NCBI GenBank assembly: GCA_963747235.1
Contig: CAVVEU010000005.1
Coordinates: 64,189 to 128,188, forward strand
Direction: 5' to 3'
DNA: 64,000 bases
From: an uncultured Candidatus Rokubacteria bacterium
GTDB lineage: Bacteria; Methylomirabilota; Methylomirabilia; Rokubacteriales; CSP1-6
The notes under the pieces were generated by a model. The model was not told the DNA's origin. It searched no databases and saw nothing but the letters and a program-made list of their open reading frames with translations. The position numbers were made by a program, and so were the translations under genes. Of this stretch, positions 48,315 to 57,734 are shown one piece after another (position 1 is the first letter of the stretch; each line of letters begins with the position of its first letter).

Positions 48315-49265
48315 CTATCTCGACAGGAACGAGGCGGTGATGGCCAGCAGGGCCAGCACGAAGGAGACGCTCAACAGCTCGGGCACGCGAAAGAGCCGGA
48401 GCTTGGCCACCCGCGTCTCGAACACCGCCACCACCGCGGCGAGCAGCGCGAGCTTCCCGGCATAGATCAGCCCAGCCAGGAGCAGGCCGCCCGCCCCGGG
48501 GCTCGCGGTCACGCCCCACGGCACGAAGAGGTTGGCGAGCAGGGAGAAGAAGATCAGCAGCTTCAGCGCGGCCGCCCACTCGATCAGGGCCAGGTAGCGC
48601 CCGGAGTACTCGAGCACCATCGCCTCGTGGATCATGGTCAGCTCGAGATGCGTGGCCGGGTTGTCCACCGGCAGACGGCCCGTCTCGGCCAGCGTCACGA
48701 TGAAGAGCGCGGTGAAGGCCAGGAGATAGCCCGGGCTCACCGCCTCCGCCGGCCGCTCCATGGCGCGAGTTACGATCTGGCCCAGGTTGGTGGAGCCGGC
48801 CCCGAGCGCGAGGGCGAACATCGCCATCGCGATGGTGGGCTCGGCGAGCGCGGCTACCGTCATCTCCCGGCTCGAGCCCATGCCGCCGAACGGCGAGCCC
48901 GGGTCGAGCCCGGCCAAGGCCAGGAAGAAAGTCCCGAGCAGCAGCAGGTAGACCACCACCAGGAGATCGCCGACGCCGTCGAGCGGCAGCGGCACCGCCA
49001 GGATGGGCAGGAGCACCGTCACCGCCAGCATGCTCGTGAAGACCACGTAGGGCGCCAGGCGGAAGAGCCACGAGGCATTCGTGGACACGACGACTTCCTT
49101 GGCGAAGAGCTTCCGCAGCTCGAGATACGGCTGCCACACGGGGGCCCCGCGCCGGTTCTGCATGCGGGCCTTCAGCCACCGGATCAGCCCGATGAGCCCC
49201 GGCGCCAGGGCCAGGCAGAGGCCGGCCTGCCCCAGCGCGAGCGCGTAGCCGCCCGGGCCGGTCAT
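48315..49265 (-). CDS. hyfC: HyfC/HycD (NuoH-like) membrane subunit
   Basis: QNRRG..QPY, GSSRE and ETGRLPVDNPATHLELTMIHEAM motifs. Confidence 0.88.
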   Translation of the reverse strand: MTGPGGYALALGQAGLCLALAPGLIGLIRWLKARMQNRRGAPVWQPYLELRKLFAKEVVVSTNASWLFRLAPYVVFTSMLAVTVLLPILAVPLPLDGVGDLLVVVYLLLLGTFFLALAGLDPGSPFGGMGSSREMTVAALAEPTIAMAMFALALGAGSTNLGQIVTRAMERPAEAVSPGYLLAFTALFIVTLAETGRLPVDNPATHLELTMIHEAMVLEYSGRYLALIEWAAALKLLIFFSLLANLFVPWGVTASPGAGGLLLAGLIYAGKLALLAAVVAVFETRVAKLRLFRVPELLSVSFVLALLAITASFLSR

Positions 49266-51301
49266 GGCGCGCCCGTCGCCAGGAGCACGCCGAGCAGCAG
49301 CACGAGGGCCACCACCACGTAGGCGAGATAGGCGTGCACCGAGCCCGATTGCACCGACTGCGCGCGCCGCCCCCAGCGCCGCACCCCGGCGAGCACGGGC
49401 TCGTAGAGATAGCGCTCGAACCACGGCAAGATGCTGGCGCGATAAGCGATGGACTGCACGAAGTAGCGCGACTCCGGATGATGGTCCACCGTCACGTCCT
49501 CGGTCGGGCGGTACACCGCCGAGAAGATGCGCCGCAGCGGCTCCGCGTACGCGGTCGCGGTGTACTCCATGCGCGGCGTCTGCTCGACGCGCCCGCAGCC
49601 CCACGTGTCGGCATAGCGCAGCGGGCGGCGCGAGGCGAAGACGCGGACCACGAGCCACACGACCGCGAGCGCGCCCAGCAGGCCCACGACGATCGCGGGC
49701 GGCGACATGCGGGCCAGCCCCGCCGGCGTCTGGACGGAGAGCCAGAGGCGGAACGCGGGCGGCTCGGTGGCGAGCCCGAAGAGCCCCGCGGCCACCGCGC
49801 CGGTGGTCGCGAGCACCGGCAGCGCACCCGCGGCCAGCCCGGCGCACGCCACCGCCAGCGCGACCATGCCCGCGCGCATGGAGACGGGCGACTCGTGCGC
49901 CGCCGCGGCGGCGTCCGAGCGGGGAATCGCGAGGAAGGTGATGCCGAAGCACTTCACGAAGGCCGCGGCGGCCAGGCCCGCGGTCAGCGCGAGCATGCCG
50001 AGCGCCAGCACCATGAGCACCGCGAGCAGCGGCGAGGCGACGCCGATGCCGGGCAGCAGGGCCTGGAAGAGCAACCACTCGCTGAAGAAGCCGTTCAGCG
50101 GTGGCAGGCCCGCGATCGCCACCGCGCCGATCAGGAAGCAGGGCCCGGTCCACGGCATCCGGTGGATCAACCCGCCGTGCCGGTTCATGTTCCGCGTGCC
50201 GGTGGCGTGGAGCACCGAGCCCGCCCCCAGGAAGAGCAGGCCCTTGAACGCGGCGTGGTTGAGTGCGTGATAGAGCGCGGCGGCCAGCGCGAGGGCGGCG
50301 GCGCGCGGCATCGCCAGGCTCTGGAACAGGAAGGCCGCGCCCACGCCCAGCGTGATGATGCCCATGTTCTCCACGCTCGAGTAGGCGAGCAGCCGCTTGA
50401 TGTCGTCCTCCATCAGCGCGTAGAGCACGCCCAGCACCGCGGAGCCGGCGCCCAGCACGATCAGCGCCACGCCCCACCAGGCGGGCCCGCCACCCAGGAG
50501 ATCGAGGCCGACGCGCAGCAACCCGTAGATGCCGAGCTTGATCATCACGCCCGAGAGCAGCGCCGAGACGTGGCTGGGCGCGGCCGGGTGCGCGCGGGGC
50601 AGCCAGACGTGCAGCGGAATCAGCCCGGCCTTCGAGCCGAAGCCCACCAGCGCCAGCGCGAAGACGATCCCGCGCGCGGCGTCGGGCAACGCCGCGGCCG
50701 CTCCGCGGAGATCCGCGAAGTCGAGCGCGGGCGCGTCCGCACCCAGGCGCAGGAAGGACACGAGCAGGAAGGCCAGGCCGACCTGGGTCATGCCGAGGTA
50801 CCAGTTCGCGGCGCTCACCGTCTCGGGCTCGTCGCGCTCCGTCAGCACCAGGAAGTAGGACGCCACCGACATCGCCTCCCACGTGAGCAGGAACGTCCCC
50901 ACGTTGTCGGCGAGCGGCACGAGGCTGGTGGCCAGCAGGAACAGGTTGAGCATCGCGCCGAGCCAGCGGAGCGAGTAGCGGCCCTCGTAGGCGGCCGAGT
51001 AGCCGACGCCGTAGAGGGCCGCGGGCGCCGCCACCATGCTCACCAGGATCAAAAAGAGCGCGCCGAGGGCGTCGAGACGAAACAGCAGCCCGCCCGCGAC
51101 GGAGACGATGTCGGGAATTCCGAGCGCCCAGACGGAACCGGTGGCGAGCGCCTGCAGGCCGAGCAGGAGGCCCGCGAACGCGCCCACGACGGCGCCGGCC
51201 GCGGACAGGACGCGCCCGGCCGGACTCGCGCCCGCGAGCAGCGCCACCGCGGCGCCCGCGCCGTAGGCGGCCACCATGACCACGAACAGGGCGGAGGCCA
51301 C
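49262..51301 (-). CDS. hyfB: Hydrogenase-4 subunit B-like antiporter-type membrane subunit
   Basis: WEAMS, KAGLIPLHVWLPRAHPAAPS, LAYSSVEN and WGCG motifs. Confidence 0.9.
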   Translation of the reverse strand: MASALFVVMVAAYGAGAAVALLAGASPAGRVLSAAGAVVGAFAGLLLGLQALATGSVWALGIPDIVSVAGGLLFRLDALGALFLILVSMVAAPAALYGVGYSAAYEGRYSLRWLGAMLNLFLLATSLVPLADNVGTFLLTWEAMSVASYFLVLTERDEPETVSAANWYLGMTQVGLAFLLVSFLRLGADAPALDFADLRGAAAALPDAARGIVFALALVGFGSKAGLIPLHVWLPRAHPAAPSHVSALLSGVMIKLGIYGLLRVGLDLLGGGPAWWGVALIVLGAGSAVLGVLYALMEDDIKRLLAYSSVENMGIITLGVGAAFLFQSLAMPRAAALALAAALYHALNHAAFKGLLFLGAGSVLHATGTRNMNRHGGLIHRMPWTGPCFLIGAVAIAGLPPLNGFFSEWLLFQALLPGIGVASPLLAVLMVLALGMLALTAGLAAAAFVKCFGITFLAIPRSDAAAAAHESPVSMRAGMVALAVACAGLAAGALPVLATTGAVAAGLFGLATEPPAFRLWLSVQTPAGLARMSPPAIVVGLLGALAVVWLVVRVFASRRPLRYADTWGCGRVEQTPRMEYTATAYAEPLRRIFSAVYRPTEDVTVDHHPESRYFVQSIAYRASILPWFERYLYEPVLAGVRRWGRRAQSVQSGSVHAYLAYVVVALVLLLGVLLATGAP

Positions 51302-51307
51302 GAGCGC

Positions 51308-51835
51308 CTACGCGCGGAGAGGCCGGTGGAGCGCGGTGAGGATCCCGCGCAGGATCGCGGCCGGCTCGGGCGGGCAGCCGTCCACGAACGCGTCCACCGG
51401 CACGAACTGATCCACGCTGCCCGCCACCGCGTAGCTGCCCTTGAAGACACCGCAGGTCCGCGCGCAATCACCGACCGCCACCACCAGCTTGGGCGACGGG
51501 GTGGCCTCATAGGTCTTGCGCAGCGGTACCTCCATGTTGCGCGTGACGGGCCCGGTGACCAGGAGCAGGTCGGCGTGGCGCGGGGATGCGACGAAGTGGA
51601 TGCCGAAACGCTCGCTGTCGTACACCGGGCTCATGAGGCCGGTGATCTCGATCTCGCAGCCGTTGCAGGAGCCCGCGTCCACCTCGCGGATGGCGAGCGC
51701 CCGGCCGAACAGGCGCCGCGATTCCCGATCGACCTCGCGAACCAGGTGGAGAAGGTCCGCTTCGCCGGACGGCGGCGGCGCGAGCCGCTCGGTCGCCATC
51801 CCCACCCGTAGCATCTTGGCGAACAGGAGCATCAA
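51308..51835 (-). CDS. NuoB/HyfI-like Fe-S small subunit (EhrS-type)
   Basis: DAGSCNGCEIE, SPRHAD, GDCA and GCPP motifs. Confidence 0.9.
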   Translation of the reverse strand: MMLLFAKMLRVGMATERLAPPPSGEADLLHLVREVDRESRRLFGRALAIREVDAGSCNGCEIEITGLMSPVYDSERFGIHFVASPRHADLLLVTGPVTRNMEVPLRKTYEATPSPKLVVAVGDCARTCGVFKGSYAVAGSVDQFVPVDAFVDGCPPEPAAILRGILTALHRPLRA

Positions 51836-51895
51836 CGCATTACTATGCGCCCGGGCCCGGGCGGACCCTACAAAATTAGTGCCGCGGTTGCGCGC

Positions 51896-52924
51896 TCAGC
51901 CGCCCAGGTGCGCGACGACCGCCGCGGCGAACTCGGCGGTGCCGAGCGTGCCGCCCAGATCGCGCGTCTTCTGCCCCTGGGCGAGCGCCTGGTTGTAGGC
52001 GTCCTTGATCCGCTGCGCGGTCTCCGCGCACGCCGGGTCCTCGCGGGTCTCGGCCAGGTAGTTGAGCAGCATCACCGCCGACATCAGCAGCGCGAGCGGA
52101 TTGGCGAGGTTGCGCCCCGCGATGTCGGGCGCCGAGCCGTGCACCGCCTCGAAGACCGCGCACTGATCGCCGATGTTCGCGCCCGGCACGACGCCGAGCC
52201 CGCCCACCAGGCCCGCGCCCAGGTCGCTCAGCACGTCGCCGTAGAGGTTCTCGAGCAGGAGCAGATCGAAGCGCGTGGGATCCTGCACCAGCGACATGCA
52301 GCCCGCGTCGATGATCATCTCCTGGTAGCCGATCTCCGTGAACTCGGCGTCGTGCACGGCCCGGGCGCAGCGGATGAACATGCCGTCGGTGAGCTTCATG
52401 ATGTTGGCCTTGTGGAAGACAGTCACCTTCTTGCGCCCGCGCTGGCGCGCGTAGCGGAAGCCCCACCGGGCGATGCGCGTGCACGCCTTCTCGGTGGCCA
52501 CCTTGGTGGTGGTCACCACCCCGGGCGCCAGCGTGGCTTCGATGCCCGAGTAGAGGCCTTCCGTGTTCTCGCGCACGATCACGAGATCCACCCCGCTGAA
52601 GCGCGTGGGCACGCCGTCGAGATTGCGCACCGGCCGCACCGCCGCGTAGAGATCGAGCTCTCGGCGCAGCCGCACGTTGATCGAGGTGAACCCCTCGCCG
52701 ATCGGCGTGGTGCACGGCCCCTTGAGCGCGACCCCGTGGTGCGTGATCGCCTCGAGCGTCTCCTTGGGCAGCACGTCCTGGCCCTGCTCCAGCGCGGCCA
52801 GGCCCGCCCGCCCCTCCACCCACGTGACCGGCGCGCCCGCCGCGCCGAGGATGCGCCGGACCGCGGCGGTCACCTCCGGCCCGATGCCGTCGCCGGGAAT
52901 GAGGACGACCTCATGGCGGGTCAT
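51896..52924 (-). CDS. Isocitrate/isopropylmalate dehydrogenase family (NAD-IDH-like)
   Basis: IPGDGIGPE, SINV.LR, RENTEG, HKANIMK, NLYGD and EAVHGSAPDIAG motifs. Confidence 0.92.
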   Translation of the reverse strand: MTRHEVVLIPGDGIGPEVTAAVRRILGAAGAPVTWVEGRAGLAALEQGQDVLPKETLEAITHHGVALKGPCTTPIGEGFTSINVRLRRELDLYAAVRPVRNLDGVPTRFSGVDLVIVRENTEGLYSGIEATLAPGVVTTTKVATEKACTRIARWGFRYARQRGRKKVTVFHKANIMKLTDGMFIRCARAVHDAEFTEIGYQEMIIDAGCMSLVQDPTRFDLLLLENLYGDVLSDLGAGLVGGLGVVPGANIGDQCAVFEAVHGSAPDIAGRNLANPLALLMSAVMLLNYLAETREDPACAETAQRIKDAYNQALAQGQKTRDLGGTLGTAEFAAAVVAHLGG

Positions 52925-52984
52925 GCGTCCATTGTACGCGCATGCCGTGTTTGTTAGAGTGCGCGGCAAGGAGGACGACGACCC

Positions 52985-53845
52985 ATGGCGGACGCGGTGC
53001 ATCTCGGCAGCGGGAAGGTCCGTGAGCTGTACGCCCTCGACGACGAGCGGCTGCTCCTCGTCGCGTCGGACCGGATCTCGACCTTCGACGTGATCCTGCC
53101 GACCGAAATCCCCGACAAGGGCCGCGTGTTGACCGGCCTCGCCGCCTTCTGGTTCGCCCGCACGCGCGCCATCACCCCGAATCACCTGCTCGCCCTCCGC
53201 CCCGACGGCCGGTCCACCGAGTGCCGGCGGCTCGAGATGCTGCCGATCGAGTGCGTGGTGCGCGGCTATCTCTCCGGCTCCGGCTGGAAGGACTACGGCA
53301 AGACCGGGGAGGTCTGCGGCCACCGGCTCCCCAGGGGCCTGCGCGAGTCGGACCGGCTGCCCGAGCCGATCTTCACCCCGGCCACCAAGGCCACCAGCGG
53401 CCACGACGAGAACATCACCGGCGCGCAGGCGGCGGCCCTGGTGGGCGCCGAGCGGGTCGCGGAAGCCGAGCGGCTCTCGATCGCGCTCTACCGCTTCGCG
53501 GCGGCCTATGCGCTCGAGCGCGGCATCATCATCGCGGACACCAAGTTCGAGTTCGGCGTGAACCGCGACGGCCGGCTCGTGCTGGGCGACGAGGCGCTGA
53601 CCCCGGACTCCTCGCGCTTCTGGCCCGCCGATCAGTACACGCCGGGCGGGCCGCAGCCCTCGTACGACAAGCAGTACGTGCGCGACTACTGCGAGAAGAT
53701 CGGCTGGGGCAAGACCTACCCGGGCCCCGAGCTGCCGCCGGACGTGGTGACCGGCACGCGCCGGCGCTACGTGGAAGCCTTCGAGCAGCTCACCGGCCTG
53801 TCCTTCGACGCCTACCTGGCGAACCCCTCCGTCGTGCTGAAGTAG
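52985..53845 (+). CDS. purC: SAICAR synthase
   Basis: GKVRELY, SDRIS.FD, ECVVRGY, IADTKFEFG, TPDSSRFW and DKQYVRD motifs. Confidence 0.97.
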   Translation: MADAVHLGSGKVRELYALDDERLLLVASDRISTFDVILPTEIPDKGRVLTGLAAFWFARTRAITPNHLLALRPDGRSTECRRLEMLPIECVVRGYLSGSGWKDYGKTGEVCGHRLPRGLRESDRLPEPIFTPATKATSGHDENITGAQAAALVGAERVAEAERLSIALYRFAAAYALERGIIIADTKFEFGVNRDGRLVLGDEALTPDSSRFWPADQYTPGGPQPSYDKQYVRDYCEKIGWGKTYPGPELPPDVVTGTRRRYVEAFEQLTGLSFDAYLANPSVVLK

Positions 53846-55526
53846 CCTTCTTCTCACCCTCTCCCCTCAGGGGAGAGGGCAGGGTGAGGGGGCCCGGTCC
53901 GCGTCCCACATACCCGCGCTCCGTATCCCGCGCCCGCAGCTCGGCTGAGCGCTTGCCGGCCGGCCCATACCCCCCACCCCCCGGCGTGCTCACGAGCACG
54001 CGATCCCCCTGCTCCAGCACGTGCTGCCGCCGGTGGTCCACCTTCTTGCCGTTGATCCGCACGTCGCCGAGACCGCCCGGCCCTCCGCCCGCGAGCCCCG
54101 GCGCCGGGAAGCGCGTGCGCTCGGCCATGAAGCTCAGCACGATCGGGCGCTTCGACTCGCTCTCGATCAGCATGTCCTGGCCGAGCCCGCCCCGTGTCCG
54201 GCCGCGGCCGCCCGAGCCGGAGCGCATCCGCTTGTAGTGGAAGAAGAGCGGGCTGTTGCGCTCGGCCACCTCCACCGGCGTGCTCGAGATGTTGCTGGGC
54301 CACGAGAGCACGTGCTCACCGTCCTTCCCCGCGGTCGCGCCCATGCCCCCGTTGAAGAAGAGCACGGTGGTGTACGGCCGCCCGTCGTCGCGCACCCCGG
54401 ACTGGGCCACCGCCCAGAGCGGCGAGCCCGCCGCCGCCGCGACGCGATCGGGGATCACCTGGTGCAGCGCGCCCAGGATGAGGATCGGCACGTAGTGGCC
54501 GGTCTGCGCGCGGCTCACCACCGCAGCCGGAAACTTCGGATTGAGGAGACAGCCCTCGGGCGCCTCGACCTTCACCGGCCGGTACATGCCCTCGTTGTTG
54601 GGCAGGCCCGGCAGCAGCGCGCAGCGGACCGCGTAGGCCGTCATCGCGTACGTGTAGGCCATCACGCAGTTGATGGCGCGCGGCTGCGCGGGGGAGGTGC
54701 CGGTGAAGTCGGCCACGATCTCGTCGCCCCGCACGGTGAGCGCGACACGAAAGCGGTAGGGCGCCTCGAAGCCGTCGGTCTCGATCCCGTAGCGATAGGT
54801 GCCGTCGGGGACTCCACGAATAGCGTCCCGCATGGCGCGCTCGGAGCGGGCGAAGAGCTCGTCGGCCAGGCCCTCGAGCGAGTCGAGCGCGTACTCGACC
54901 ATGAGGCTGCGCACGCGATTTTCCATCAGCTCGTTCGCGCTCACCTGCGCGTAGATGTCGCCCACCGTCTGGTCCGGCGTCCGCACGTTGGCGCGCAGGA
55001 GGCCGAGCAGCGTCTCGTCCACCTGGCCCGCGCGGATCAGGTGGGTGAGCGGGATGTGGAAGCCCTCCTCGAAGAGCTCGCGCGCCTCGATGGCCCGGAT
55101 GCGGCCGCCGATGTCCGGCATGTGTGAAGTGGTCGCCGCAAAGGCGACCAATATCGGTTGACTGCCGGTGCCCTCCCTTTGATGGAAGATGGGCTTCACC
55201 AGGCACACGTCGCTCATGTGCCCGGTGCCCTGCCACGGGTCGTTGGTGATCAGCACGTCGCCGGGCCGCATGTTGCGGGCGCCGATGCCGTTCAGGAAAT
55301 GGCGCACGGTCGCGGGCAGCGTGCCGATGAAGGACGGGATGCTGCCGGAGTTCTGGGCGAGCGCGAACCCGCGCGCGTCGGTGAGCACGCAGGCGAAGTC
55401 GTTGGCCTCGTTGGAGAGTGTCGAGAACGAGGTGCGCACGATCGCCTTCGCGGCCTCATCCACCACCGAGATGATCCGCGTCCACAGCACCTCGAGTGTG
55501 ATCGCGTCGAACGCCGCGGGCGTCAT
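53790..55526 (-). CDS. Hydantoinase B/oxoprolinase subunit
   Basis: TNDPW.GTGH..D, H..DIGG, EEG, DF.GTSP, GSGG.G..RGG.G and TPGGGGYG motifs; C-terminus extended by a repeat. Confidence 0.9.
   Translation of the reverse strand: MTPAAFDAITLEVLWTRIISVVDEAAKAIVRTSFSTLSNEANDFACVLTDARGFALAQNSGSIPSFIGTLPATVRHFLNGIGARNMRPGDVLITNDPWQGTGHMSDVCLVKPIFHQREGTGSQPILVAFAATTSHMPDIGGRIRAIEARELFEEGFHIPLTHLIRAGQVDETLLGLLRANVRTPDQTVGDIYAQVSANELMENRVRSLMVEYALDSLEGLADELFARSERAMRDAIRGVPDGTYRYGIETDGFEAPYRFRVALTVRGDEIVADFTGTSPAQPRAINCVMAYTYAMTAYAVRCALLPGLPNNEGMYRPVKVEAPEGCLLNPKFPAAVVSRAQTGHYVPILILGALHQVIPDRVAAAAGSPLWAVAQSGVRDDGRPYTTVLFFNGGMGATAGKDGEHVLSWPSNISSTPVEVAERNSPLFFHYKRMRSGSGGRGRTRGGLGQDMLIESESKRPIVLSFMAERTRFPAPGLAGGGPGGLGDVRINGKKVDHRRQHVLEQGDRVLVSTPGGGGYGPAGKRSAELRARDTERGYVGRGPGPLTLPSPLRGEGEKKATSARRRGSPGRRRRTGR
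53857..53892 (-). repeat. CCCCTCACCC/CCCTCTCCCC palindromic repeat, copy 2 (in CDS)
   Basis: Minus strand CCCCCTCACCCTGCCCTCTCCCCTGAGGGGAGAGGG; encodes PLTLPSPLRGEG. Confidence 0.85.
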
Positions 55527-57731
55527 GAGCGCCCCCTCACCCTGCCCTCTCCCCCTCCGGGGGCGAGGGTCCCTCGGCTCCCCCCTCTCCCCTCCGGGGA
55601 GAGGGTAGGGTGAGGGGCCTGGGGGTGAGGGGCCTGGAAGTGAGGGGTCAGGGTCATCACGATGTTGCCGCTCGCGGCCACGCGCGCGGTCGCGCCGGGC
55701 CCGACCACGAGCGTGGAGCCCTCCTCCTCCACCACCGCGGGCCCGGTCAGCTCGTCGCCGACACCGAGGCGGTAGCGGTCGTACACCGCGGTCTCCACCC
55801 AGCCCTCCGCGCCCGGGAAGTAGGCCCGCCGCGTGCCCTTCAGCGCCGCGCGCGCGCCACCGCCGCCGCGACCCTCGAGCACCACGTCGCTGCCCGACAC
55901 GGGCGCCCGCACCGCCACGCGGATATTGATGAACTCCACCGGCACGCCCGGCGGCGTGAGCGCGAACTTCTCGCGATACGCGGTCTCGAACGCGCCGCGG
56001 AGCATCGCGCGACCGGGCGCGCTATCTTCGTAAGGCCCCGGCGGCAGCGGGACCACCAAATCGAAGCCCTGGCCGAGGAACCGGCCGTCGGCCAGCCGCT
56101 GCACGGTGGCGCTCTCGAGCTTGAGCCCGGTCTCCGCCATCACCGCCCGCGCCTCGTCCTCGAGCCGCACGAAGGCGGTTTCGAGCGTGGCGATGCTGCC
56201 GTGGTCCAGGCGAATGCCCACGGTGGCCACCCGGTCCACGCGCGCCGGCGCCACCAGCAGGCCGAGCGCGGAGGCGACGCCCGCCGACGGCGGGCAGATC
56301 ACGCGGCCGATCCCGAGCTTGCGCGCCACCGAGAAGGCGTGCACCGGGCCGGCGCCGCCCGTGCACAGCAGCGCGTAGTCGCGCGGATCGCGCCCGCGCT
56401 CCGCGATGTGCACCCGCGCGGCGCCCGCCATGTTCTCGTTGACGATGTCGTGGATGCCCCACGCGACCTTCGTGGACTCGAGCCCGAGCCGCCGCGAGAG
56501 CCCCTCGACCGCGGCCAGGGCCGCCGGCATGTCCACCGCGACCTCGCCGCCCGCGAAGTAGTCCGGGTTGAGATAGCCCAGCAGGAAGTCGGCGTCGGTC
56601 ACGGTGGGCTCGCGGCCGCCCAGGCCATAGGAGGCCGGGCCGGGATGCGAGCCCGCGCTGCGCGGACCCACCTTCAGGAGCCCGATCTCGTCCACCGCCG
56701 CGATGCTGCCGCCGCCCGCGCCGATCTCGATCAGCTCGATGGTGGAGATGCGGATCGGCAGCCCGCTGCCCTCGACGAAGCGCCGCTGCCGCGCGGCCTC
56801 GAAGCTGTAAGCGGTGAGCGGCTCGCCGCCGTCCACCAGCGAGAGCTTGGCGGTGGTCCCGCCCATGTCGAACGCCAGCACCTTGCCGTGGCTGTCCGGC
56901 CGGCCGAAGAAGGCGGCCGCGATCGCGCCCGCGGCCGGCCCCGACTCGAGCATCTGCACCGGCACGCGCTGCGCCTCCTGCACGTGGGTCAGCCCGCCGC
57001 TCGAGAGCATCAGCAGCAGCGGCGACGGGATGCCCAGCTCCGCCACGCGCCGGGCCATCAGCGCGAGGTACTTCTGCGCCAGCGGCTTGATGTAGGCGTT
57101 GGCCGCGGTGGTGGACGCGCGCTCGTACTCGCGGATCTCCGGCGCCACCTCGTGCGAGGTGGTCACCGCGATCCCGGGATACCGCTTCGCGATCACCCGC
57201 GCCGCCTCCGCTTCGTGGCGCGGGTTGGCGTAGGCGTGCAGGAACACCACCGCGATGGCCTCGACCCCGGCCTTCGCGAGCGCGTCGGCCCGCGCGGCCA
57301 GCATCCGCGTGTCCAGGCGCCGCGCGATCCGGCCGTCGGCCCGCGTGCGCTCGGTGACCTCGAGGCGCAGGTGGCGCGGCACCAGCGGCTCGGGCTTGGC
57401 GATGGCCAGGTCGTAGAGCTCGTACTTCCGCTCGCGCCCGATCTCGAGCGTGTCCGCGAAGCCCGCGGTGGTGATGAGACCGGTCACCGCGCCCTTGCGC
57501 TCGATCAGCGCGTTGGTGAACAACGTGGTCGCGTGGACCGTCCGAGAGACAGCTGTTGGATCGACCCGCGCCTGGGTCAGCAGGCCCGCGACGCCGGCGG
57601 CGACCGCGCGAGCCGGATCATCGTGGGTCGTGAGCACCTTGCGGCTCACGCTCGCTGCCCGTGTCGTGGTCGTAGACCACGAGGTCGGTGAAGGTGCCGC
57701 CGATGTCGATGCCGAGCGAGTACTGCGCCAA
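55523..57731 (-). CDS. Hydantoinase A/oxoprolinase subunit (frameshift near 57650)
   Basis: TTG start reads AQYSLGIDIGGTFTD, then KVLTT, HATT, ESGPAAG, DMGGTT, IGAGGGS and PTVTDAD. Confidence 0.9.
55532..55647. repeat. Inverted doublet of the same repeat (copies 3 and 4) plus partial tandem heads
   Basis: 55532-55569 (+) and 55583-55617 (-), followed by further GTGAGGGG units; lies within the hydantoinase A 3' end. Confidence 0.85.
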
Positions 57732-57734
57732 CGC

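Noticed and set aside
1970-57650. Frameshifts in about nine genes (near 1970, 18300, 19700, 20905, 27036, 34672, 34850, 39155, 57650) as programmed frameshifting or mass pseudogenisation
   Set aside because: Several are one extra G in a short G-run, in unrelated genes that are otherwise intact and lack slippery-site/hairpin signatures. Long-read or assembly indel error is more parsimonious; read mapping would decide.
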